This document shows positions 1-12,502 of a DNA stretch of 64,000 nucleotides, piece by piece. The DNA lies in contig OZ024741.1 of NCBI GenBank assembly GCA_964016885.1, positions 17,298,001-17,362,000 on the forward strand. The letters run 5' to 3'. The translations under genes were made by a program, and so were the position numbers. The stretch comes from Eledone cirrhosa (lineage: Eukaryota). The notes beneath the pieces are model-generated. The model was not told where the DNA came from and did not search any database. It saw nothing but the letters and a program-made list of their open reading frames with translations. Every line of letters begins with the position of its first letter. The first letter of the stretch is position 1.

Positions 1-57
1 CCAGTAATGCACTGGGTAATTTGCTGGCCTTGTGCCTAAAGTAGAAACAGTTATTAC
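1..57 (+). mobile_element. 3' part of a SINE (same family as 25700-25815, 26693-26810, 35567-35677)
   Basis: ccagtaatgcactgggtaatt(t)gctggccttgtgcctaaagtagaaaca is near-identical to three other copies in the window; it ends in a (TTA)-like tail. Confidence 0.7.
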
Positions 58-345
58 TGTTGCTCTTGTTATTGCTGTTATTGTTGTTGTTATTGCTGTT
101 GTTGTTATTGTTGTTGTTGTTGTTGTCATTGCTGTTGTTGTTATTGTTGTTGTTGTTGTTGTTGTTGTTATTGCTGTTGCTTTTGTTATTGCTGTTATTG
201 TTGTTATTGTTATTGCTGTTGTTGTTATTGTTGTTGTTGTCATTGCTGTTGTTGTTATTGTTGTTGTTGTTGTTGTTATTGCTGTTGTTGTTGTTGTTGT
301 TATTGCTGTTGTTGTTATTGTTGTTATTGCTGTTGTTGTTGCTGT
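58..345. repeat. degenerate (GTT)n/(ATT)n microsatellite
   Basis: direct reading; the poly-Val/poly-Leu ORFs over it are artefacts. Confidence 0.95.
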
Positions 346-456
346 TTTTTTTATTTCCACTTCAAGAAGTTTTCACGACAATGTTAAGATGCCGCGGAAG
401 ATATTCTGGGCTTCTACCATATATGTCCTTTAACAGAGCTTAATAAGAATATTTTA

Positions 457-546
457 TGTGTGTGTGTACGTGTGCGTTTGTGTGTGTGTCTGTGTATGTG
501 TGTGAGTGTATGTGTGTTTGAATGTGTGAGAGTGTGAATGTGTGTG

Positions 547-580
<34 letters not shown>

Positions 581-617
581 AATGTGTGAGAGTGTGAGTG
601 TGTGTGTGAGTGTGTGT
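457..617. repeat. (GT)n microsatellite
   Basis: direct reading. Confidence 0.95.
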
Positions 618-674
618 TGTAATCCTGTCTTGTGATCCGGTTGTATGATCAAGCCTCTTGTACCCTAAACATAG

Positions 675-850
675 ATCTCAGGGAGATTCAGTGTGATACA
701 GTGTGTAACAAGGCTGGTTCTTTCAATTACTCTGACAACTCATATTTGCCACCTGACTAGACTGAAGCAACGTAAAGGATTCAACACACTGCTGGGTATC
801 GAACTCTCGAACTCACCACCGTCAACTAAACACCTTAACCACTAAACCAC
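675..850 (+). mobile_element. SINE fragment(s)
   Basis: ctcagggagattcagtgtgatacagtgtgtaacaaggctgg matches 25629-25670 and, in reverse, 33381-33430. Confidence 0.55.
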
Positions 851-858
851 ACGTCTTT

Positions 859-1052
859 ACACACACCACACATACATGCATACGCACACACATGCACACA
901 AACATACACACACAAACACACACATGCACGCACCACACACACACATACACACACGCAAACATACGTAGGGTCACACGCACACACATACACACACACCACA
1001 CACACACCACACACACACACACACCACCCAACACACACCGCGCGCGCGCACG

Positions 1053-1083
<31 letters not shown>

Positions 1084-1190
1084 GCAAAAATCAAACAGAA
1101 ATAACAAAGCAAACAACACAGTACAATGAAGAAATATATTAGTTTAACGCTTGACATAGTAAGAAAAGTGTCTTAACATTTCGGACGCTG

Positions 1191-1231
<41 letters not shown>

Positions 1232-1360
1232 TTATAGTTTGTGTGTATGTATGAATGTTTGTATGTATGTATGTATGTATGTATGTATGTATGTATGTAT
1301 GTATGTATGTATGTATGTATGTATGTATGTATGTATGTATGTATGTATGTATGTTTGTAT
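859..1360. repeat. (CA)n/(TA)n tracts, then an (ATGT)n tract at 1240-1360
   Basis: direct reading. Confidence 0.9.
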
Positions 1361-2625
1361 GTTATCTCTTTCTCTTAATTTCGAGTATATTTTTTTGACT
1401 GGCCACCTTCCTGGTGGTAAGGTTGTAAAAGAAAAGAAATTGTCATTCCTTGAATCGCAAGAATGTTTTGCAAATTTTCAAGGTGCCAGCTATCGCAGCC
1501 ATTTGTAGACTATGAATTAGGGAGTTGCGCTCTTTGACCGCAAATCCAAGTTCAGTCATACTTTGGTCCAAGCGGGTTGGTATATAACCCGTAGCTCCAA
1601 TAATGATGGGTATGAAGCTAAAGGTGTATCTTGGATACTGGATTTGTAAACTCCTCATCAATGGTCCGTAGATGTCCTCCTTCTCCTGTATTTTTCTGAC
1701 AACGTTTACATCAAGTGGGCAGCTGATCTCCACAACATAACACGTTTTCAATGTGTGGTCCCAAACAACAATATCAGGCCGATTGTGCTTTAATTTGGTG
1801 GCAGTTTTTATATTCAGGTTCCACCAGTATTCCTTAGTGCCATCTGTCTCAACATATCCTTCCTCGTTTGTTGTTAATTTTGTTTTCCGAAGTGCGTTCC
1901 AGATGGTTCTAGCTATCCCATCGTGTCTCATGGGGAGGTAGTAGTGAGATGACATTCTTTCGCAGCTGGCAACAATGTGGCTTACATCCTCGATCTTTGT
2001 TTTACATAGCCTACATTTATTGTCAGCTGCTGGCCCTCCTCTTTTGTGCAGCAGATATTTGGTAGGGAGTTCTTGTTCCTGTATTGCATAGAGATATCCC
2101 TCAAGGTGTGATGTCATAAACTTGTCGGAACTCCATGCCAGGCTTTTTGAGTGGTTTATCCCCTCTATGGTCTGTGGTTTACGTCTCAAGTATCCATGCA
2201 CAACTTTTTCTGTAAATTGGTCAATTTTTTTATCTTGTTTGAATATTGAATAGGATCTTCCGATTTCTCTTGGTGAGAGATTTATATCAGGCTTTATTCC
2301 ATATCTCTCCTCCAGATCAGTCGCTATTCTAATGATATTTTTTTTTTCATGCTCATAAACCTGGGCAAGATGGTTGCCAACATTTTTCCTCTGTTGAAGG
2401 TGTTGCTTCAGTGTTACCATCCGGGTCTCATATGAAGTTAATATGGATTTTAGACCCCGGCCACCTTTCTTGCATGAGAAGTATAGCCTATCCACATCAC
2501 CATTGATGTTAAAGTTCCCAGTAACACTGAGAAGTTTGCGAGTTCTAACATCCATCTCACTTAGTTCTAGCAACGACCAGTTCAGCAGGCCAAATGTTGG
2601 CGAAGAATTGGCACAGCATATGTAT
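1361..2625 (-). mobile_element. 5'-truncated R4/Dong-like non-LTR retrotransposon (restriction-like endonuclease type) in (TACA)n
   Basis: post-RT region RLYFSCKKGGRGL, CCHC knuckle CRLCKTKIEDVSHIVASC, RHD motif and PD..E.S endonuclease (RPDIVVWD...VVEISCP); short 3'UTR; (ATGT)n on both flanks. Confidence 0.85.
1443..2622 (-). pseudogene. C-terminal fragment of the R4/Dong-like polyprotein (thumb, CCHC, RLE)
   Basis: the real portion of ORF 1443..2906; its N-terminus is translated microsatellite; 1-nt frameshift near 2602 (TYAVPIL / PTFGLLNW). Confidence 0.8.
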
Positions 2626-2810
2626 GTATGTTTGTATGTATGTATGTATATATGTATGTATGGACGTATGTATGTATGTATGTATGTATGTATGTATGTA
2701 TGTATGTATGTATGTATGTATGTGTGTGTGTGTGTAAGTGAGTAGCGTGTGTGTGTTTGTTTGTATGTATGCGTGTGTGTGCGCGCATATGTATGCGCGT
2801 GTGTGTATGT
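2619..2810. repeat. (ATGT)n/(GT)n microsatellite
   Basis: direct reading. Confidence 0.9.
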
Positions 2811-3169
2811 CGTACGTATAAATGTCAATAAGTGAGTTTTTTTTCTTTTTTCTTTTTGCGCGGGGACATAGAAATAATCGGGCTGGATGCCCGATCGCGC
2901 AGTCAAACCACTGGGAGTGAAGAACCCCTAGCCCTTGTCAGGGCATTCTTCTAGAAGAAGGCATCTCAGGAAACTGGGTTAACTCCGACATAAAACCTGC
3001 GGCTCAGTAGTTACCGATGATGTTGATCTTTTCTTCTTTTCGGGTTATAGCTACTGTCGCTCAGAGAGTGGGATTGGCTCAGTGCACAGTCTTTCCTCAC
3101 TTTAAAAATATTCGTCACGCACAGGCATTGCACGAGTGCATTAATAATTATTAATAGTGTACTATTATT

Positions 3170-5737
3170 AGAGAGATTAGAGTAACTTCGATAGAGTTCA
3201 GCAAAGAACTAGCGTTAGAGAAAAATAGAAAGGAGAGGGAGCTGGTAGATAAGTTAGACGAGGCTATTTGTAGTGGCATCGCAACTGACGTGCTAGCGGC
3301 GAGAATGGCATTAGACCATTTCTTCAATGCCAAACACGAAGGTTGCATTGTCAGAGCTAAGGCGCGTGCGTTGAGAAACGAGGGAACTAAAGCTGTTCGA
3401 TGGGCCCGCGTGGCGGAGGCGCAGCGTGGTAATAAAACCACAATTCGGTCTTTGGCGGACCGAGACGGACACGAGACAAGCGATTCCAAGCGGATGTGTG
3501 AGGCCTTTCGCCAGCACTTTGCTCGGTTGTTCAGGGAGAGTGGCGAGTCAGAGAGAGTAGCGGATTTCAGTCCCTACCTTGACGGCTTGCCGCGCATCTC
3601 GACGGTCGACGCTGAGCGCTGCGAAAGGCCGATTACTTCAGCCGAAATTCAGGACGCCCTTGTCGGCTGCATGAGGCGCAAGTCACCCGGTTTGGATGGC
3701 CTGCCCTACGAGCTTTACGTAAATATGCCAGACTTGTTCTCCGAACTCCTCGAAGCACTCTACTGCAACTGGCAGCAGAAGGGGAGTATTCCCAGTTCTG
3801 TGAGCAGGGGAGTGGTGATGCTGATAAGGAAAGACGAGAACGAGAGGGATACATTAGACAACTTCAGGCCCATAACTCTGCTCAACACAGAGTTTAAGAT
3901 TTTGGCCAAGGTGTTAGTAAAGAGATTGGCGCTTGTCGTCGAGGATTTGGTTGGAGAGGTGCAAACCTGCGCAATCCCAGCCAGGTCCATACACGACAAT
4001 CTCCACCACATGCGATACATCATAGAGAGGGTAGGGTGTAAACCTGGCTTCGGTGGGGCACTGATCAATTTAGATCAATCGAAAGCATTCGATAGGGTCG
4101 ACCATCGGTATCTGGAGTTTGTCCTCAAAGCAGCTGGCTTCGGCCCTGTCTTTAGAAGCTGGATCGTTGCAATGCACAGCGGCACACGCTCGGTGGTCAA
4201 GGTTAATGGCCACCTCTCGGAACCATTTCGGCTCTCCCGATCGGTCCGTCAAGGGTGCCCTCTCTCTTCCCTTCTGTACGTATTGACTCTCGAGCCTTTA
4301 CTGCGGAAGCTGGAGCTGTTGCAGGGCATCCCTCTCGAACCGGGACGTGGAAAGGCGGTGTCGGCTTATGCGGACGACATCACCGTGATGGTGTCGAACA
4401 CCTCAGAAATCGAGGTGGTCGGCACCTTATTGAAGGAATATGAAAGGTTGACAGGAGCCAAACTTAACCCGGAAAAGTCGGTGGGCTTGCAGCTCGGAAC
4501 CTGGAGAGGCAAGCCCATGCCGTCCAACAGCGTCGTGGGGCGCTGGACGGACGGACCGGTAAAGTTGCTCGGGGTTTGGTTCGGACCAGACCTCCAGGTG
4601 GAAAAGAATTGGGACGAGGTAACGAGCAGAGTAGCCAGTCTCACCCAAAAATGGGCTGGGAGGAAGCTATCACTGAAAGGTCGCGCGGAGGTGGCGAATG
4701 CGTACATCGCGTCCGTCATCTACTACCGCCTAACCGTCGTGCCTTGCCCCCGTCCGCGCCTCGTCAAGTTGGAACGGCTCCTCTTCAAATTCTTGTGGAG
4801 GGGACAAGTTCCGTTGGTGAGGCGGTCCATCTGCTTCCAGCACCCTCTACGCGGAGGGCTGGGCATGCCGTGGCTAATGATGCGCAGACATGCGTTGAAG
4901 CTGCGACATCTCCAGATATTCTGCCTCAATGGTGAACAGGTGTGGTCGCCGTTTATCAGACGGGCCTTTCCGCAGCTCATTTCTTTGACTGAGCTGCAGT
5001 CCTGGGTCAAGAAGAGACCGAGACTGGGTGACTGGCACCTGGAATGTTGCCAGGCACTCACTGCCCTCTACCAAGCGGGCAATGCGATCAGTGGAACTTC
5101 CACTCTCGAGTTCTATAGAGGATTAGTGGTGGGCAAGTGCGATGACATACTCGGAGAAGCTTTGGGCTTCGACGAAGTTGAACTGACCAGTCTGTACCGG
5201 AGGACTTTTGAGCCGGGGACGATGGACAATTTCCAGAAATCCCTCGCTTGGCAGTGCTACCGGGGGGCACTGCCGGTTCGGGATAAACTCTACAGGCACG
5301 GAAGTGCTGTCAGACGGACCTGCCCAAGATGCGCACAGAACGACGAAACCGTTCTGCACGCACTTGTCCAATGTCCGTGCATTACTGACCTGTGGAGTTA
5401 TGTCGAACAGCTACTGTCGCGTGTGGAACGAATCCGGCTATCGGCCGGGTCCATAGTGAAGATCGAGCCGCCACCTTCCTTAGGTCAGGAAGAGCAGGAA
5501 ATTTTCCTCTGTCTGGTGGCAGTTGCGAAAGAGATTATATGGTGGACCAGGTTGAAAGGACTAAAGACAGACACTTTTCTCTTCGGCCAATCCCTCATCA
5601 ACTTCTTCAAGTTTCACCTGGAAAGGAGGGTGAGGGTGGAGAGAGAAGTGCTGCCCCCCAGTACATTTGCTAAAAGGTGGGTGAATGTGGCGAGAATGGC
5701 TAGTGTGAATGGGCCTACTCTGACCATGCGCCTATAG
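3170..5737 (+). pseudogene. Tx1 ORF2 fragment (RT and C-terminal CCHC, APE domain missing)
   Basis: open frame starting REIRVTSIEFSKEL; SPGLDG, FRPITLLN, DQSKAFDRV, QGCPLS, AYADD, CPRC..ETVLHALVQC. Confidence 0.9.
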
Positions 5738-6032
5738 GCTGGCTAACTTAAGGAGAGGGGTGCTCTCCTGGGTGCCCTAGAAGCGCAGGGTGGTTCAGGA
5801 TTGGTGGGGTACCTGAAGCACCCCAGGGTCGTACACCCCCTATCGGGGAATTTATTTTGTTATATTTATGCATAGTTTATTTTATATTTTTATATTTTCA
5901 TTGTTAAATTAGTCTTGCTATTGTGCACTTTTACTCCACCTTATTGTAAACCCCCACTGTCCCTGTCTTTGTATTGTCCCCTACATGTCGGCCCTGGTGG
6001 CTAATAAATGAAATCATTATTATTATTATTGT
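3171..6032 (+). mobile_element. 5'-truncated Tx1/L1-clade LINE nested in the RTE 5'UTR
   Basis: ORF2 homologous to 18241..21669; AATAAA at ~6003 then (ATT)n; 11-bp TSD tactattatta at 3160-3170 and 6033-6043. Confidence 0.9.
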
Positions 6033-6071
6033 TACTATTATTATTACTTTTTTTTTTTTTTTTCCAATTCA

Positions 6072-9000
6072 ATGATGTTCCAGAACAATATAAAAGAGAT
6101 AATTGGCAATTTAGGTTCTGGAACAAAAAAGATAATTGGCAATAAGGGCAGGGGCCCCAGGTTATCACAGCCTGGGCCCACTCGTCATCGTGCCATTATA
6201 ATAGAGCCAAACAAGGCATTTAGTCTTGGCTGCTGGAACGTACGGACGCTGCTTGACGGGGATTCCTTGGAGCGTCCTGAACGAAGGACCGCTCTTGTTG
6301 CAAAGGAGCTTCGACGTTACGATCTTGACATCGTGGCTTTATCTGAGACGAGGTTAGCTGGAGATGGTCATCTTACGGAATTTTGTGGAGAATATACATT
6401 CTTCTGGAAAGGAAGAGATGAAGGAACCAGAAGAGAGGCTGGGGTAGGATTTGCTGTTAAGACTGTACTTGTGAATAAATGAGAAGAATTCCCAGTAGGG
6501 ATTAGTGAGCGTCTTATGTCCATGAGAGTTCCGCTGGACAGAGGAAGATATGCGACCCTGGTGAGTGTGTATGCTCCAACTATGAATTCTGTCGATGAAG
6601 AAAAACTGTCCTTTTACCATGCCTTGAAAGGTGTTTTAAGAAATATCCCTCAGGCAGACAAAGTCATCGTGCTTGGTGACTTTAATGCTAGAGTGGGTAG
6701 AGATTTTAACACATGGAATGTAATCGGAAGGCATGGGGTGGGAAAGTGTAACAACAATGGTATGCTCCTGCTGCAGATGTGTGAGGAGCTGGATCTGTGT
6801 GTTACCAACACCATGTTCCAACGAAAGAACAAATTCAAGACCACATGGATGCATCCTGCATCTAAGGAATGGCATCTTTTGGACTACGTCTTAGTCAGGA
6901 TGCGTGACAGACAGGATGTGCAGTGTGTTCGTGCTCTTGGTGGAGCTGAGTGCTGGACGGACCACCGCCTGGTACGCGCAAAAGTGAAACTAATCACTAA
7001 ACGTAAAATCCGGGCTCCTGGTGTTGCCCTGCCCAAAAGATTGAATGCTGCTCGTCTTAAGGATAAAAATGTGAAGAGGACATTGGAAGAAGAGATGCAG
7101 GCTGCAGATCTTGGTGAGGATTGGCCGACCCTTAAAAAGTCGGTTTATGATGTAGGCAGGCGTGTTCTGGGATTGGTGCAGAGAAAACATCAGGACTGGT
7201 TTAATGAGAATGATGTACATATAGAAGACTTGTTGGCTGATAAGAGGCGTGCTCTGTCACGCTACTTGACGGCAAAACCACAAGAGAGGAATACGTTGCA
7301 TGAGGAACTCAAGGATGTAAAATCACGTGTTAGGCGGAGTCTTTCTCAGATGAAGAATCAGTGGTGGAGTGAGAAGGCTGGTGAGATACAAACTGCGTCA
7401 GATTCCAATAACACAAAGCTGTTGTACAGTCTCTTGCGTGAGGTTTATGGACCGTCTTCTTCTCTGGTGACACCGCTTCGCAGTAAGGATGGCAAAGAAC
7501 TTCTTCGTGACTCACAAGGAATTCTACGAAGGTGGCGAGAGCACTTTGATGATCTTTTGAATCAGCCGTCTGTCGTGAGTGAAGATTTCCTCAATCTCAT
7601 TCCAGAAAGTCCCGTGAAAGTAGCTCTCGCAGAACCTCCGACGCTTGTGGAGGTTGCAGTGGCTATTTCGAAGCTGAACAGTGGAAGATCTCCAGGTATG
7701 GATGGCATACATGCTGAGCTCCTACAATATGGTGGTGAGAGACTCCTGCAACATCTTCACTCTTTGTTTGGCAGGATATTGGCTAATGAATCCGTACCTG
7801 AGGACTGGAGAGATGCAGTAATGGTGGTCTTGTACAAGGGAAAGGGTAACAGGAATGATTGTGGGAACTACAGAGGTATATCATTGCTTTCTGTCGTAGG
7901 AAAAGTTTTATGTAGGGTGCTTCTGGACCGTCTGCTGACACACATTGCAGATTGTGTTCTTCCTGAAAGTGAATCTGGTTTTCGTGCTGGACGCGGCACT
8001 ACTGATATGATCTTCTCAGCTAGACAGCTCCAGGAGAAGTGCATGGAACAAGATCTGTATCAGGTTTTTGTCGATCTGACAAAAGCTTTCGATACTCTTA
8101 ACAGAGATGCATTATGGAAGGTTCTCCAGAAACTTGGTTGCCCTGATAAGTTCCTTGCTTTAGTTAGGTCTTTCCATGACGACATGAAGGCTTGGGTTAA
8201 TGTCGGAGGTAACATGTCGGAGCCTATCTCAGTAAAAAATGGAGTGAAACAGGGGGATATTCCAGCACCGACCCTGTTTGCCATATACTTTGCAATGGTT
8301 TTCTGTATTGCATTCAGGAATTGCGAGCATGGTGTTTACATCCGATATCGAACCTCAGGCAGCATATTTAACATCAGGCGCTTTGCTGCAAAGACAAAAG
8401 TATTTACATCAATCATAAGAGACCTCTTGTATGCAGATGATTGCGATCTTGTAGCGCACACAGAGAGTGATATGCAGCACATTTTGAATGCATTTTCTGA
8501 CGCTTGCACTGCCCTAGGATTGACTGTCAGCCTCAAGAAAACCGTCGTCATGTACCAACCTGCCGCTGGTAAGCAGTACACTGAACCAAATATCTATGTG
8601 TATGGTAAACGGCTTGGAGTGGTTGATCAGTTTGTCTACATGGGAAGCACTGTCAATCGATACAGCAGCCTTGACATTGAAATCTCACTTAGGATTAGGA
8701 AAACAAGTGATGCTTTCGGAAAGCTAGAAAGGCGACTCTGGGGTTGGCGAGACATATGCAGGAGGACAAAGGTAAAGGTGTACAGGGCATGTGTGCTCTC
8801 TTGTCTTCTTTATGCCTGCGAGACTTGGGTCACATATCGACACCACCTTAAGCAATTGGAGCGTTTCCATCAGATGTGTCTCAGACGGAACCATGGCGTT
8901 CACTGGAGGGACCACATCAGTGATGTCGAGATTTTGGAAAGCTCTCTGTGTGACAGTATAGAAGCTCTTGTGCTTAAGCAACGACTCCGTTGGAGTGGTC

Positions 9001-9611
9001 ACCTTGCCAGGATGAAGGATTCTAGAATACCAAAACAACTCTTTTATGGAGAGTTGGTTAAAGGAAAACGACCGCCACATAAACCAAAAAAGAGGTATAA
9101 GGATTCCTTGAAAGCCTCTCTGAAAGACGCTAACATCTCTGCTGATACATGGGAAAATATTGCTGCTGATCGTAATAAATGGAGAAAGACTGTATATGAG
9201 GGAAAATTTGCTTTTGAGGCATCTCGAATCGCATACGAGAAAATAAAGCGGGATGTGAGGAAGGGCATTGCTGTTGCACTTCCAGACGGCGAGGGTCCTC
9301 CTATGGTGCTGACATGCAGCGTATGTGCGAGACTCTGCCTAAGCAAAGCTGGACTCGAAAGTCATCTTCGCAGTCATAAAGTAAGACCAGTGGTTGACTA
9401 CCAGGCTGCTGTTGGAGATGCTACTCATCATGCTTGCCAAACACGTGGTAGAGAATGTAAATCAGCAGGAGGGCTCAAGCGACATGCAAAAGTACACGAA
9501 CTCCAACCACAGCCGACTATTCCCAGTGAATGTTTTGGTTGCCAACTCTGTGCAAGACATTTTAGATCATTGGCTGGGCTAAAAACCCACATTCGATCGC
9601 AGCGCTGTTAG
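6072..9611 (+). pseudogene. RTE ORF (APE, RT, three C2H2 zinc fingers) with a single in-frame TGA at 6480-6482
   Basis: WNVRTL, LSETRL, LGDFNA, TDHRLV, YRGISLL, DLTKAFD, GVKQG, LYADD; ORFs 6072..6482 and 6516..9611 are in the same frame (VNK*EEFPVGISERLM). Confidence 0.9.
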
Positions 9612-10120
9612 TTGCTATCGTGTGTGTGTGTGTGTGTATAGATATGTTTATGTGTGTGCGTGTATGTGTATATATATATGTATATGTATATTATTATTGT
9701 TGTTGTCGTTATTATCATTGTTGTTATTATTATTGTTATTAATGTATATGTGTGTGTGTATGTGTGTGTGTATGTATGTATATGTATGTGTATGTATATA
9801 TATATATATGTATATATATACGTATATCTACTCCCAAAACTTGTCGAGTGCTTTATATCAGTTATAAAATATTTACTTCTTGTAACCCAACAATTTTAAA
9901 TGAAACTTTTGCATATATGTATATATATATATATATTTCTTTTTTTTATTTTAATTTTATTTTTTATTTATTTATTAATCTTTATTTTTTATTTTTTTAA
10001 ATTTATTTTTTTTTTTTAAAATTTATTTATGTATTTTTTTTTTCTCCTCGTGCAATGGACATACTCTATAACGAGGGGGCAGCCATCATGTATGTATGTA
10101 TGTATGTATGTATGTATGTA

Positions 10121-10790
10121 TGGTGCTACTGGTAACATGTATCCCAGTATAACGTGTCCCATGGTCGAGTCGTTGGCGACTAAACTGGCAACCCCACTAA
10201 GGTTTCTTGGTGAGGAGGGTGACTTTGGACATCCTGCAGGACTAAAAACAAAACCTGTCAAAAGGGCAAAGGAGCTCTTTAGAGTCAATGGCCATCCCAA
10301 ATCACTGGGAGAGATGACCCCCTTAGCCTTTGTCAAGGCAGAATTCTAGGAGAAGGAAAACTCTGATATAACACCTGCAACCCTGATGGTATCCAATGAT
10401 GTTGACTTGTTCTTCTTTTTGGTAAATATCATCTTGGTTGAGAGAGTGGGACTGGCTTTGTGCAGTGCCTTTACTCACTATAAAAGCTTCACGGCACAGG
10501 CATTGCTTTATATCTGGAGATCTCTGATCTCTCTGCACTTGTCGTCACATGGTACCATGGGCCCAGCACTATGTGTCAATAATTGTCACAGGTGTAGTGT
10601 TTGTACCAGAGTTTTCAAGTCGCTGGTTGGACTAAAAAGTCACACTCGTTGAGCGCATTGGTAGGGGTTCTCCTACATGGATATAAAGTAGTGGCCGTAC
10701 TCGAAAACGAGTTGGCAGCCACCATGTATGTATGTATGTATGTATGTATGTATGTATGTATGTATGTATGTATGTATGTATGTATGTATG
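10121..10790 (+). mobile_element. non-autonomous, internally deleted RTE derivative
   Basis: RTE-like 5'UTR joined to a last zinc finger (CSVCTRVFKSLVGLKSHTR*), 3' stem-loop ctcg-aaaa-cgag, ggcagccacc and an (ATGT)n tail. Confidence 0.75.
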
Positions 10791-11161
10791 TTCTTCTGGT
10801 TTTATAATTTCACAATTTTTTGTCAATAGAGAGAGAGTCGGTTTCTAACATAGACACAAGACTCTCTCTCATTGGAATTTACACAACATCAACTAGGTAA
10901 ATATGTATGTATGCATGCATGTGTAGGTATGGATGTTATTGTATGTGTGTATGTGTATGTTTTGAGTTGTATGTGTGCATGTGTATATGCTTTGCATCTG
11001 TACATGTGTATATGCAATTATTAGATGCAACATTTTTGGAATGCTTTACATATTTTTACTGTTCCATTAATGGATTGTACTTGTAGTTTCCTAATTAGTT
11101 GAGTTCCTTCTGTTCTTGTGAAGCCTAGCTTCTCAAGATTTGTATTGAGGCAGTTACTAAC

Positions 11162-11192
<31 letters not shown>

Positions 11193-11230
11193 TGTATGTA
11201 TGTATGTATGTATGTATGTATGTATGTATG

Positions 11231-11261
11231 TCAGGTCACCAGTTGGTGCTACTGGTAACAT

Positions 11262-11262
<1 letters not shown>
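11231..11262 (+). mobile_element. 5' head fragment of the same RTE-derived family, after (ATGT)n
   Basis: tggtgctactggtaacatgt is identical to 10121-10140. Confidence 0.6.
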
Positions 11263-11991
<729 letters not shown>

Positions 11992-12108
11992 TCACTCAAC
12001 AAACATTAGGAAATACGGGAGTATATTCCCACTTAAACGTTTGGGGTGCTGACTAGATTGTATTGTGGGGATAGTTGGCTGTATTATTTTATATGAGATA
12101 TATTAAAT

Positions 12109-12199
<91 letters not shown>

Positions 12200-12502
12200 C
12201 AACAGACAGATAGACATAGATAGTTTGACAGAGTGATAGATAAAAATAAAGATAGAGAGATACATAGATAAATTTCTATTTATTTGCCACGAGGGCACAA
12301 AAGAAGGGGACATTTACACAGTGGGGGAGTTTACATAAATCGAGTAAAGAAAAAAGGAATAACAATAATAATATAACAATAAAAAGTCCTCAAAAGGGAG
12401 GGGGCGTGTTGGGGATTGCACATACCCCCGAAAAGTGTGCAACTCTTTTCGCGGGGGAAGCCCAGAGAGGAGGCGCTCCCCCTTTCCTCTTCACTTCTTC
12501 AC

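Larger units (their letters stand above)
2859..10120 (+). mobile_element. RTE-clade LINE, near full length, 5'UTR interrupted by a Tx1 insertion, (ATGT)n tail
   Basis: 5'UTR 2900-3130 is homologous to 10283-10506; single APE-RT ORF; 3' end ...catactctataacgagggggcagccatc followed by (ATGT)n at 10088; microsatellite expansions in the 3'UTR; 5' boundary approximate. Confidence 0.8.

Noticed and set aside
32-443. Poly-Val and poly-Leu ORFs
   Set aside because: Translation of the (GTT)n microsatellite.
6480-6482. In-frame TGA in the RTE ORF as programmed readthrough or selenocysteine
   Set aside because: It lies mid-APE at a position that is probably Leu (TTA to TGA), and the copy shows other decay; simple nonsense mutation is more likely.
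10121-10200. HDV-like or twister ribozyme in the RTE-derived 5' head
   Set aside because: Some helices and a CTAA are present, but I could not build P1/P3/L3 or a twister core.
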